Part shown: positions 8,272 to 17,129 of the stretch, in pieces | How positions within the stretch are numbered: position 1 is the first letter of the stretch | How the letters are laid out: every line of letters starts with the position of its first letter | From: Thermodesulfobacteriota bacterium | Lineage (GTDB): Bacteria > Desulfobacterota > WTBG01 > JAGOGO01 | Direction: 5' to 3' | DNA: 32,000 nucleotides | NCBI GenBank assembly: GCA_026625185.1 | Contig: CP113000.1 | Span: 420,001-452,000, forward strand | Translations under genes and position numbers: made by a program | The notes under the pieces: generated by a model | Seen by the model: the letters and a program-made list of their open reading frames with translations, nothing else | Database searches by the model: none | Told to the model about the DNA's origin: nothing

Positions 8272-11200
8272 TCAGTCCGAAACCCAGTGCATCCGCATAT
8301 CATAAACCTGCATGATGGTGTGGCCTTGATCGTCAATCCCTCTGGCATCCCATGCGGAGCCTTCTTCGTCTTGCGCCCGCATGCGGGCCTCCAGGGTTAT
8401 CTGTTCCCCCACCCGGCATTTTAGCAAAAACCTCATCTCACCGATCTCCACGGGAATCAGCGCTCGCCGCTCCGATGGGTTCGTTGCCGCGATGTAGAAG
8501 CCGACCAACTGCAAAAGGGCCTCTAAAAGGTAGGGAGAGTATTGGTACCGGGCGTTCCGCAGATGTGCGAAATCACTTGTCTCCCGGTAGGTGGTTCGGC
8601 CCCGCACCACGCCTGGACCTGCACCGTCAAGGAACTCCATCACGCGATACCTGTCTGCGAGGCCGCTGCGTTCTTTGTACCATTTAAGCACTTTTTTATG
8701 ATCCATAGGTCTCGTCAGCAGTTCGTCCAGCCGAACAGGAAAATCCGGGAGCCCCTCCCCGAAATTTCCTTCCCCGCCATCAAGGATCACTTGGCCCTTG
8801 CAGTGCGGGGTGAAACGGTTGGTCAATCTTCCGGTGGGGGATATCTCTTGGGTTGATAGAGATACCTCGCACACTACCTCCCGAAGGCTGGTGGCGGATC
8901 GGCGGCAGGAGATCATAGAAGGCCGTGTAACCCCCGCAGGACATCGGATCATGTCCATGAGCCGCACCTGACGAACTCCTCGCACCTGCAGGTGGGGATA
9001 GAGTATCCGTGCGGCTTCCATGAATGTCTCCAAAACCATGGCGGCTGAGACCAGAGGATGCTTGACGAACTTGAGAGGCCTGTGATCCGCGATCCAAAGA
9101 TCCTTCTCCAGGGAGAAGGATCTGATGGCCTCCAGTTTTTCCCGGCGGATGTCCAGGCAAGAGATCCTTTCTATCATGGGAAAGTCCTCGGGGCTCAAGG
9201 ACACGGTGCCTCCATCCAGATTTCCACTGAATGAAGGACGGGTTGTATCATTGAGCAGTGCTGTCTTCACTGCCGGCAACCTCCTCGTCAACATCACCCA
9301 ATCGTCGTCGGCCGGGGCTACAAAGAGCTCCCGACAGAAAAGCCCTGCAAGCTCATTGACATGGATGTACGCCGCGCCCTTCCGCTTCATCAGCTCCCGG
9401 ATCTCCGGATCATCGGCCATGCCTTCCCCCTCGACCGGGGGAAGCATTAAAGCCTTGAATCGGATGGAGCCGTTTTTCCGGTGGATGGTTCTGAGTAACG
9501 CAGACATCATTCGGTTGGCGGCAGCGTAGTTGGCCTGGCCGGGATTCCCCAGAATCGCGGCCCCCGAGGAGAGGCCCACGAAAAACCTCAAGCCGGATCC
9601 CTCTGCAGCCGAGAATAGATTCCAAGCCCCGAGAAATTTGACGTCCGTGACCATAGAAAAATCATCCGGGGTCATTTGGCTTAAGAGACCGTCCCTGAGG
9701 ACTCCCGCTCCGTGAATAATCCCGTCGATCTTGCCATAACGACTTGCCACCTCACCCAAAATCGCGTGGACCGCTTGGGGGTCGGTCACATCGCAGGTAT
9801 GGTACGTTGCTTCGATCCCTGAGGAACGCAAATCCGCAAGGGTCCGAGCAATCTCCGATGTTCTGTGGTCGAAAGGGAACGCCTCAGAAGCCGAATCTTC
9901 GGGGCGCGACTTGGCGGGCTCTAGAGGGGTCCTCCCCAGAAAAACCAAGCGGGGTCCGAAAGGCACAAGGCAGCGGGCCAGATGTACGCTGATCCCGGTT
10001 GCGCCCCCGGACATGACGACAACGTCTCCTGGTCTCAGATTCAGACTTGACGAATCCCCGAAGACCGACGGGGCTAACTGCCCCTCCGAAGTGAAGACCC
10101 TTCCATCGCGATGAATGGTCTCCACCACGGTGCATCCTCTGTCCAGAGCACCGCGCAGCGCAACGCGAAGGTCTGCATCCTTGTCGATTTCCAAGGTCCG
10201 AAACTGGACCGACGGGTATTCCTGGGCTGCGCTCAGAAACAGTCCGAGCACCCCTTCCGCCAGCAGCTGACCGAAAGGTTCAGTATCCTCCTTGGAATGG
10301 ACCAGCACCACGAATTTTTTAGCCGGTGATTGGAGAAACGTCTTCAGTAGGAGGAAGATCCCCCTGAGAAGCCGCGAAACATCCGCCATACCCCTTAGCC
10401 TCCCCGACCCGCCTTGGCAGAGGGTGATGACCATCCCAGCAAGGGGCGACAGGCCCGCTATTCTATCTACCGCCCTGGAGACCCCTTCATCGGTTCGAAT
10501 GTCAAGGCCCTTTTCGCCAGGACCGAAGTTCTCTGGCATAAATAGCATGGGAACCGTGTCAACCCCGTAATCCAGTCGGAGGATATCCCCTGCACTTCTG
10601 GCAATTCCGTCATCCCCGTCCGGTGAGAGAAGGAGGACTGACTCGCCTGGGGTCAATTCCATGGGAATAGAGGCCGCCAACTTTACCTTGACGTGGTTAA
10701 ATACGAGCCGCTTTAAACTCGCCTCATCCTCTGGGGGCTTCAGGATTTCATCCCGCGCTGGGTCGAAATCAGGAGCCTTGGCGGCTGGCTTTAGGCTTGT
10801 ACCTCCCAGCCTGGCGATTATTTTGGAGATCCTCTGGGCGATATCCTTCACGGTACGGACGCCAATAAAATCCTCCAATTCGATCGTGATCCCGAATTGG
10901 CGTTCCGCAGCATCCATGATGATGGGGAGGCGGCTGGATCGGATGGAGAGATCCTTCCTGAGATCCATATCGGGTTTAATCTCGTCCCTTTCGAATCCGG
11001 TAGCATCCATAATGATTCGAATAATCCTCTCCATCAGATCTTGGTCCTCAGGCGCCTCAGCGGGGACAGGTGAGGCCTGTCCCGGAATGTAAGGTGTGGC
11101 ATCGAGAGGCGGGGATACCGTGTTCCCAGGAGAGACCTGCTTCTGGCCTTCGGGATACCCGGAATCCCCAAGCATGGATTTGATAACGAATGATAGATCG

Positions 11201-14200
11201 CCTTCTTGGAATGTTGGGTTAAGCTCTTGTCGGATAGCTTCCAGGATGTTGGGCTTAAGGACGGGTCCGAAGGTCTCTATCATGAATCGGTTGATTTCCC
11301 TTTGAATGATCCTCTCCACCGGGTTGGAGCCTACAGGCCCAAGTTCCGACGGCCGTAATGCGGGTGCTGGGGCGATTCGGTGAGATTCGGGAGTTTTTCT
11401 GAATGAAGAGAGGGAAACAAACCTCGGTTCCCCTTCAACCTTCAGATGACCTTGGACGAAGAGCTGAGCAAGGGCGGTCTTGTAGGTCAGGCACTCTGCG
11501 GAAGGAAGACACGTCTGGATGCACGCCGGTTCAGGAAGCGTGTCGGCGATGAGATGGCTTAATGTTTCGTCGGGCCCCACCTCCACGAAGAGCCGGACTC
11601 CGTAGTCATTCCAAAGGGTCCGGACATTATTCATCCAATGGACGGTATTTTCCAGGTGGAACATCAGGATTCGCCTGATCTCAACGGGATCTGATGGATA
11701 CGGTGCCATGGTCGTGTTGGAGATGACGGGAATCTGCGGGGAATGAAATGGAATGGAGGCAACGTACGCCTCGAGCTCATCATGGATGACCTTCATGATA
11801 GGGGAGTGGAAGGCCATGCTGACCCGTAAGAGGGTGGCCCGGTATCCCATTTCCTTCAATCTTTTGCACAGATCCTTGACCGCTTCGGTGCTGCCGCTCA
11901 GGACAACCTGGTTCGGTGAATTGATATTGCCGATGTGGACATCCTCCCGTCCCTGGATCATCTCTCTCAGCAGATCCAGGTGAACGTCCACGGCCGCCAT
12001 GATGCCGGGTTCCACGTGCATGCCAGCAGCCTTGTCCATGCAAAGGGCTCTCTTGTTCACGATTCCAAACCCGTCCTCCGGGGAATAGACACCGGCCAGG
12101 CACAAGGCGGTCAGCTCGCCTAAACTATGGCCGGCCATGGCCACCGGGTGGATACCCAGGTTGGTGAGGTATCGAGCCATGGCGTGTTCCATGGCAAACA
12201 TGGCGGGTTGCTGCCACCGGGTCTTCTGAAGGTTCTCCTCGCGATCGTGGAACATTAAATGAAGAAGGTCGAAGTCCGCCACAGCCGCAGCACGATCCAT
12301 CCACTCCCTGATGACGGGAAAGGACTCGTAGAGATCCCGCCCCATTCCTCCATACTGTGAACCCTGTCCGGGAAATACTAAGGCGAGCGGCAGGGCCGGC
12401 AGATCCTCGGGGCTCATGAAAATTCCCTGTTGCGCCAGAGCCCTCAACACCTTAGGTGAGAGGATTTCGGCTTCGGCAAGGGAGACCGACCTCTCGATGA
12501 CCGTGAGCGCCTCTTCTTCGGATTGCGCCACAACAGCCATCCGATAGTTATGGCCGCTCACCTTAGTCCGGAAGGAAGAGACGCCCTGAAGCATGGGAGA
12601 GCCACCCTCCTTCTCTCTATCGAGACCGGGTTCTCTGCCCGGTGAGACCAGGATCGTATCCACTTCATCCATGGCCTGCTCCACCTGCACAACGTAGTTG
12701 GAACCTCCAAACCCGAAAGCATTGACCTGAAGCCTTCTTGGCTGGCTGTCCCTGCCCTTCCAATCAAGCGGCTTTGGGTTGATGAAAAGCCCCGATCCTT
12801 CCAGGTCGATTTCCGGGTCTGGATGCATATAATTAAGGGTAGGAGGAAAAACCCCCGCCTTCATGGCCATGACTCCTCGAATGAGGCTGTTAATGCCCGA
12901 GGCGCCCAGTGTGTGTCCGATCTGGGATTTGAATGAGGTAATCACGGTGCGATTGGAGGAATTGAAGACGGCCTTCAGGGCGCGGACCTCCTCCACGTCC
13001 CCTTGCCGGGTGCTCGTGGCATGGCATTCCACCAGGTCTACTGCATTGGGCCCATAGGGTATCCCCCGGAAAGAGGCGCGGATGGCGATCTCCTGGGCGG
13101 CGCTGGTCGACTCCACCATGCCCAGATGATTGTTGCCCCCCCCCATGCCGGTGATGACCGCGTGGAGACGCGCTCCTCTTGCACGGGCCAGGCTTTCCCT
13201 CTCGATGACGATCATCCCCCCGCCTTCGCCGAGGACCATCCCGTCTCTTTCAGCATCGAAGGGGCGGGAGGTCTCGTGAGTAGGTCTTTCCTGTCTGGAC
13301 AGCCCGTAAAGTGCGCCCAGGGCGGAGAATTCCAGAAAATGCAAATGGGTGAGATTGTCCTCGCCCCCTCCGACGATGGCTGCATCGATGATGCCGCTCC
13401 GGATCATCTGGATGGCGCAGTGAAGTGCCACCAGTGAGGTCGCGCAGGCTGCGGAGACAGAATAGCTGGGCCCCATGAACCCATACCGGTTGCAGATAAA
13501 GCCGGCCGCAGCACAGTTGAGCCTGCCCAGGAGTGTGGTGTCGTCCGGGGCCATTCGTCCGGACTTTACCTCCTGTTCGATGGCGCTCTCCAAATCTGGG
13601 GTGAGGTGAACGGCCCTTTTGATAGCGCCAAGGATATCGTGGACGTATTCCCTGATGATCATATTGGTGAGGGTTCCCGCCGCCTCTCCCGAGTTCTGGG
13701 AGATCAGGACCGCGATTCGCTCGCGTGGGATGTCTGACTCCAGGATACCGGATGCCCGGATGGCCCTGTCCGCCAGCCACATGGTGATTCTTGTCGCCTC
13801 GGTCATGCTCCGGAAATCATGAGGGGGGATCCCGAGTTCATTGCGGGAGATAGGAAAGTCTAAGAAGGCGCCCACCTTGCAGTAGGTCTTGTCCGGAACC
13901 TGCGGCCGGGGATCATAAAAAAGCCCGTGATCCCACCGCGAAGGCGGAACCAATGTAATCCCGCTCTTCATGTCCAGGCTTGCAGCCCAGACTTCTTCCG
14001 GACTCTTCCCCAGGGCATTTAGTATGCTCATCCCAGTGATAGCAACCCTTTCGTAATCGTCTCTATGGGGGGCGACTCGCTTCAGTCCACGGCCGACCCC
14101 GGAGGATGGAGTTTCCATGGATAGCGACGCTTTGGGTGTGGGGGTGGGCTGATGCAGCAAAAGAGGACCTTCGGCCAGCTCGCAGTGAAAGGACTTAAGC

Positions 14201-16212
14201 TTCTGGACCTCACGGATGAGGCCGGCGCAGGCCCCACTCATGAATTGCCCGCGTCCCAGACAGCCCCGCTCATCCAAAGCCATCCCGCCCGGCCTGTCCA
14301 TGCCTCGGGCCGCAGTGAAGAGGCTCCCCGCGGCTATCTCCTCCATTTTCGTCCGGAAAGAGGCCTCGTCCTGGTGACCCGCTGCGAACTCTCTTTCCAG
14401 GGATAAAATAGCTTCCACTCCCGGCGTTTTCAAGGATCGCACCCGAAGCCCGGTGTGCTGGCCTGAAACGACTGTTCCCCCCGGAGGCGATTTCAGGATC
14501 AGCTGTTGATAGAGCGTTGTCAAGGCGCCCGTTTCAACGATCTCCTGGGTGGCCAGGTAGGCGGTACCCATCTGGATGGCGTCCGCGCCGAGCATGGCGG
14601 CCATTAATGCGGTCTCCCGATCGAAGATTCCCCCTGCAAGGATCACGCGACATTTTTGGAACAGGGATGGCGTGCGCCGCTTGAGATCCAACAGCATTTG
14701 CGCAAGGGTGAGCGTGCTATGTTGCCCTACGTGGCCGCCAGCCTCATACCCTTCGCAGACCACGTATCGGACGCCCGCTTCAAGGGCGAGCCTCAACAAG
14801 ACCTCATCAGGAGCGATATACATGACCCCTATGCCGCATTCTATCAATTCTCTTACAGGGGAGAGATCGCCGCCTGCAATCACGGCAAAACAGGGTCTGT
14901 GTTTCATTATCCAGGCCAGATGCGTCTCCCTGAACGGGTTCTCGGCCAAAGAGACGACATTCACTGCATATGGGCGCCCCCCCATGATCTCCGACAGGCG
15001 CCCCAGCCTCCGGTCAAGGGCCTCCGCGTCCATCAGGCCAAGGGCGATGGTGGGCAATCCACCGGCATCGGCAACTCTTGAGGCAAACTCCGGGACATCG
15101 GTGATCCAGGACATGGCCCCCTGGATAAAGGGATATTTAGTTCCCATCTCTCTCGCTACAGGGCTGTTTAAAAAGCAATCCTTTTTCGCCTCCGCCAGAT
15201 GGCATGAGTTTCGAATCTCGTCCATGAAGGCCGTCACGGCCTCCTCGGTTTTGAACCCGAAACGCTCAACGAATGACCGGGCAAAGGTGGTCTCCACAGC
15301 AAGAGGGATGACCTCGTCCTGCGTGAAATGGCTCTCCAAAGGGTGGAGGGCCCTGGCATGCACCTGGCTTACGAAGGAGCGCTGGCTTTCTTCCGTGATC
15401 TCTGCTCCGCACAGCGAGTCCTCAAGCGTCTTGATCTCCTTGAAGGCGCGAGAGTTTCCCTTGTTGAAAAGGCGACAGGGAACCTGCAGGTCCAGGCCAA
15501 CCAGATCGGTAGAATCCAGGCGAAGGTTGGAGAGCCGCTGGCGCTGGAGATCATCAATGGCCACCAGGTCTGTCAGCCAATGGACGCTCTCGAAGACGAT
15601 CCCCGCCGCCCCTGTGGACAGGAATGCGGCTGCCGCCTCAGGGGTGAAGACGCCTCCCCAGATGAGGATGTCCAGAGACCTCGATGGGGTGCGCAGCATT
15701 TCCTTGACAACTGAATAGAGCACCAGAGTCGTCTCGCCGCTCACGAATCCGGAGGCCTCGCATCCTTTCAGGACGATCCGCCCAATTCCCGATCTATCCT
15801 TCAAAAAGGCTGCCAGGAGATCCAAATTTGCGATGATTGGAAAGCAACAATAGTCTTCCGACAATTTCCTCAATCTGTGGAGAAAAATGGAAGGATCGCT
15901 TTGAAGAAACTGGGGGTGGCACTCTACCCAGATGTCGTGGGCCCTTGTTTCCTTCAATAACTGCCCCAAAGATGGATCCATCAAGGTAGGGATAGAAATC
16001 TTGATATCCCTGACAAGGCCGGCAGGGTCATCCTTTCGCAAGAAAGAATGTAACTCTTCCACCCCCATAGTGGAAAAATCAAAGATGGCTCTGCTCCCTG
16101 TTCGCTGAGCCATGTGAATCACCGATGGGATGATCTCCTCAGGCCGCCAGACGAAACCGATGATAGAAACCCGATGCTCAGCCACTATGTCAGACCTTTG
16201 CTTCAACACCAT
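8272..16212 (-). CDS. Type I FAS/PKS-like megasynthase (PfaD-like ER fused to a PfaA-like KS-AT-ACP-KR-DH core)
   Basis: Single uninterrupted 2646-aa ORF. AGGTGA Shine-Dalgarno 5 nt before ATG 16212. All domain motifs were located directly (see domain features). No thioesterase or reductase release domain at either end. Confidence 0.95.
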   Translation of the reverse strand: MVLKQRSDIVAEHRVSIIGFVWRPEEIIPSVIHMAQRTGSRAIFDFSTMGVEELHSFLRKDDPAGLVRDIKISIPTLMDPSLGQLLKETRAHDIWVECHPQFLQSDPSIFLHRLRKLSEDYCCFPIIANLDLLAAFLKDRSGIGRIVLKGCEASGFVSGETTLVLYSVVKEMLRTPSRSLDILIWGGVFTPEAAAAFLSTGAAGIVFESVHWLTDLVAIDDLQRQRLSNLRLDSTDLVGLDLQVPCRLFNKGNSRAFKEIKTLEDSLCGAEITEESQRSFVSQVHARALHPLESHFTQDEVIPLAVETTFARSFVERFGFKTEEAVTAFMDEIRNSCHLAEAKKDCFLNSPVAREMGTKYPFIQGAMSWITDVPEFASRVADAGGLPTIALGLMDAEALDRRLGRLSEIMGGRPYAVNVVSLAENPFRETHLAWIMKHRPCFAVIAGGDLSPVRELIECGIGVMYIAPDEVLLRLALEAGVRYVVCEGYEAGGHVGQHSTLTLAQMLLDLKRRTPSLFQKCRVILAGGIFDRETALMAAMLGADAIQMGTAYLATQEIVETGALTTLYQQLILKSPPGGTVVSGQHTGLRVRSLKTPGVEAILSLEREFAAGHQDEASFRTKMEEIAAGSLFTAARGMDRPGGMALDERGCLGRGQFMSGACAGLIREVQKLKSFHCELAEGPLLLHQPTPTPKASLSMETPSSGVGRGLKRVAPHRDDYERVAITGMSILNALGKSPEEVWAASLDMKSGITLVPPSRWDHGLFYDPRPQVPDKTYCKVGAFLDFPISRNELGIPPHDFRSMTEATRITMWLADRAIRASGILESDIPRERIAVLISQNSGEAAGTLTNMIIREYVHDILGAIKRAVHLTPDLESAIEQEVKSGRMAPDDTTLLGRLNCAAAGFICNRYGFMGPSYSVSAACATSLVALHCAIQMIRSGIIDAAIVGGGEDNLTHLHFLEFSALGALYGLSRQERPTHETSRPFDAERDGMVLGEGGGMIVIERESLARARGARLHAVITGMGGGNNHLGMVESTSAAQEIAIRASFRGIPYGPNAVDLVECHATSTRQGDVEEVRALKAVFNSSNRTVITSFKSQIGHTLGASGINSLIRGVMAMKAGVFPPTLNYMHPDPEIDLEGSGLFINPKPLDWKGRDSQPRRLQVNAFGFGGSNYVVQVEQAMDEVDTILVSPGREPGLDREKEGGSPMLQGVSSFRTKVSGHNYRMAVVAQSEEEALTVIERSVSLAEAEILSPKVLRALAQQGIFMSPEDLPALPLALVFPGQGSQYGGMGRDLYESFPVIREWMDRAAAVADFDLLHLMFHDREENLQKTRWQQPAMFAMEHAMARYLTNLGIHPVAMAGHSLGELTALCLAGVYSPEDGFGIVNKRALCMDKAAGMHVEPGIMAAVDVHLDLLREMIQGREDVHIGNINSPNQVVLSGSTEAVKDLCKRLKEMGYRATLLRVSMAFHSPIMKVIHDELEAYVASIPFHSPQIPVISNTTMAPYPSDPVEIRRILMFHLENTVHWMNNVRTLWNDYGVRLFVEVGPDETLSHLIADTLPEPACIQTCLPSAECLTYKTALAQLFVQGHLKVEGEPRFVSLSSFRKTPESHRIAPAPALRPSELGPVGSNPVERIIQREINRFMIETFGPVLKPNILEAIRQELNPTFQEGDLSFVIKSMLGDSGYPEGQKQVSPGNTVSPPLDATPYIPGQASPVPAEAPEDQDLMERIIRIIMDATGFERDEIKPDMDLRKDLSIRSSRLPIIMDAAERQFGITIELEDFIGVRTVKDIAQRISKIIARLGGTSLKPAAKAPDFDPARDEILKPPEDEASLKRLVFNHVKVKLAASIPMELTPGESVLLLSPDGDDGIARSAGDILRLDYGVDTVPMLFMPENFGPGEKGLDIRTDEGVSRAVDRIAGLSPLAGMVITLCQGGSGRLRGMADVSRLLRGIFLLLKTFLQSPAKKFVVLVHSKEDTEPFGQLLAEGVLGLFLSAAQEYPSVQFRTLEIDKDADLRVALRGALDRGCTVVETIHRDGRVFTSEGQLAPSVFGDSSSLNLRPGDVVVMSGGATGISVHLARCLVPFGPRLVFLGRTPLEPAKSRPEDSASEAFPFDHRTSEIARTLADLRSSGIEATYHTCDVTDPQAVHAILGEVASRYGKIDGIIHGAGVLRDGLLSQMTPDDFSMVTDVKFLGAWNLFSAAEGSGLRFFVGLSSGAAILGNPGQANYAAANRMMSALLRTIHRKNGSIRFKALMLPPVEGEGMADDPEIRELMKRKGAAYIHVNELAGLFCRELFVAPADDDWVMLTRRLPAVKTALLNDTTRPSFSGNLDGGTVSLSPEDFPMIERISCLDIRREKLEAIRSFSLEKDLWIADHRPLKFVKHPLVSAAMVLETFMEAARILYPHLQVRGVRQVRLMDMIRCPAGVTRPSMISCRRSATSLREVVCEVSLSTQEISPTGRLTNRFTPHCKGQVILDGGEGNFGEGLPDFPVRLDELLTRPMDHKKVLKWYKERSGLADRYRVMEFLDGAGPGVVRGRTTYRETSDFAHLRNARYQYSPYLLEALLQLVGFYIAATNPSERRALIPVEIGEMRFLLKCRVGEQITLEARMRAQDEEGSAWDARGIDDQGHTIMQVYDMRMHWVSD
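8275..9180 (-). other. Megasynthase domain: PKS-type (double hot-dog) dehydratase; approximate bounds, aa 2345-2646
   Basis: LWIADHRPLKFVKHPLVSAAM is an HxxxGxxxxP-like motif with Lys in place of Gly (His codon 9082-9084, about His2377). Later SPYLLEALLQL corresponds to the hPALLDxxxQ motif with Glu in place of Asp. Confidence 0.7.
9433..10725 (-). other. Megasynthase domain: ketoreductase (structural plus catalytic subdomains); approximate bounds, aa 1830-2260
   Basis: Rossmann motif VVVMSGGATGISVHLA (about aa 2067-2080). Catalytic GQANYAAAN (Tyr codon 9535-9537, about Tyr2226). Confidence 0.8.
10813..11040 (-). other. Megasynthase domain: single acyl carrier protein; approximate bounds, aa 1725-1800
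   Basis: LMERIIRIIMDATGFERDEIKPDMDLRKDLSIRSSRLPIIMDAAERQFG. The putative phosphopantetheine Ser (codon 10936-10938, about Ser1759) follows Arg rather than the usual Asp. A possible degenerate ACP-like helix bundle lies just upstream (VERIIQREINRFMIETFG...). Confidence 0.65.
11488..12390 (-). other. Megasynthase domain: acyltransferase (malonyl-type); approximate bounds, aa 1275-1575
   Basis: FPGQGSQYGGMG, MAGHSLGELTA (Ser codon 12124-12126, about Ser1363). The MAFHS motif resembles the HAFH motif of malonyl-specific ATs. Confidence 0.85.
12673..14055 (-). other. Megasynthase domain: ketosynthase; approximate bounds, aa 720-1180
   Basis: RVAITGMS start. Active-site SAACATSLVALHCA (Cys codon 13444-13446, about Cys923). 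ECHATSTRQGD and KSQIGHTLGASG His motifs. FGFGGSNYVVQVEQ end. Confidence 0.9.
14143..15165 (-). other. Megasynthase domain: FMN-type enoyl reductase (nitronate monooxygenase / PfaD / FabK-like); approximate bounds, aa 350-690
   Basis: KYPFIQGAMSWITD...AGGLPTIALG, CEGYEAGGHVG (His codon at 14731-14733), ILAGGIFD...GADAIQMGTAYL. Confidence 0.8.
15193..16185 (-). other. Megasynthase domain: degenerate nitronate-monooxygenase-like TIM barrel (pseudo-ER); approximate bounds, aa 10-340
   Basis: RIVLKGCEASGFVSGETTLVLY...ILIWGGVFTPEAAAAFLSTGAAGIVF aligns by eye with the second domain's RYVVCEGYEAGGHVGQHSTLTL...VILAGGIFDRETALMAAMLGADAIQM. The EAGGH histidine is replaced here (EASGF). Confidence 0.55.
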
Positions 16213-16283
16213 TCGTTCACCTATTATGACAATTTGCCAGTTTGATCAATTCCACCCGATACGCTCAAGTATCAGCGCGATCG

Positions 16284-17129
16284 TCACCGCTTCCAAGCCA
16301 GGTACCACTCCGTGGCATCACTCCCGATTCCTAACCGGGCAAGCTGGCGTAGATCCGTTTCCAGAACGTCGGGCGTGCCATACTCCAGTATGCCGTATTG
16401 GGGATCCGTCCAGACACGCGCCGTCCGACCCCAAACCTTCGTTTCCGGCGGCAAGGTGAGGCGAATGCGGTGGATCAGGTTGATGCCCGCGAGCGCCGCT
16501 GCTTCTATCACCATATCGGTGCAGTTGTTGCTTCTCACGCCGAACTGGTCATAGTTCCGCTGCATCACGTATTCATGTATCAATTGATACCGACGCCGGG
16601 TAATCGGCATTCGCCAGACGAACGAGGGGGGGCGATTGGGCTTGCCGGTCTGGAATCGACCATCGGACATCGTCTGCCACAAGTAGGCAATAGGATTGGG
16701 ATGCCCCTCCCGAATTCTCTGAAACACGCCGTCATGGTAACGCGGTTTACTGTGCCCCAAGTCCCCGGTGTGGCCGAATTCCAGACGATCCCGGGGACTT
16801 TCCAGGATGAGCCAGCTATGCCCCCACGGACGCTGCCAGATTGAGAAGAGAAGCGACTTGGTAGTTCTGTAGTCCCAATTGGCAGCTTCGTTCAGGATAT
16901 AAAGGTAATGTCCCTCGTCCCCCACGGGTGTTCCGGTGGCGAGATCCAGGTCGGCATCGGGGGCAAAGCGGCACACGATCGAGATGGGCTGGACACTCCA
17001 GCCATCGGGTTGCATCGGAGCATAGAGCCGGGGCGTTCGGCGGGCGCATCTGACCGCAACCCCGGCCAGCCATCTCATCACCACGAGGAGACGTGCTCGA
17101 TATACTCGCTCGGTTGCTTTGCTATTCAT
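16284..17129 (-). CDS. Hypothetical protein with His...His...Cys pattern (possible permuted NlpC/P60 or LRAT-like acyltransferase/hydrolase)
   Basis: 281 aa. WGHSWLILE (His104), EFGHTG (His120) and SNNCTDMV (Cys203), which is reminiscent of NCEHFV in LRAT/H-REV107 proteins. ATGA overlap with the upstream gene (17126-17129). The coding call is solid; the function is speculative. Confidence 0.5.
   Translation of the reverse strand: MNSKATERVYRARLLVVMRWLAGVAVRCARRTPRLYAPMQPDGWSVQPISIVCRFAPDADLDLATGTPVGDEGHYLYILNEAANWDYRTTKSLLFSIWQRPWGHSWLILESPRDRLEFGHTGDLGHSKPRYHDGVFQRIREGHPNPIAYLWQTMSDGRFQTGKPNRPPSFVWRMPITRRRYQLIHEYVMQRNYDQFGVRSNNCTDMVIEAAALAGINLIHRIRLTLPPETKVWGRTARVWTDPQYGILEYGTPDVLETDLRQLARLGIGSDATEWYLAWKR

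Noticed and set aside
8352-15718. Numerous plus-strand ORFs inside the megasynthase gene (e.g. 14576-15718 at 380 aa, 13003-13437, 10661-11092, 14656-15081) and alternative-frame minus-strand ORFs (13250-13780, 8780-9160).
   Set aside because: All lie wholly within a 7.9-kb ORF whose translation shows continuous, recognisable domain motifs. Their translations are Arg/Pro/Ser/Gly-rich and low in complexity, typical of shadow ORFs in GC-rich coding sequence, and they have no motifs or SD sequences.
8272-16212. Interpreting the megasynthase as a bona fide PUFA (omega-3) synthase.
   Set aside because: The PfaB/PfaC equivalents (KS-CLF pair, FabA-type DH/isomerase domains) and tandem ACP arrays are absent from the window, so only the PfaA/PfaD-like architecture is shared.
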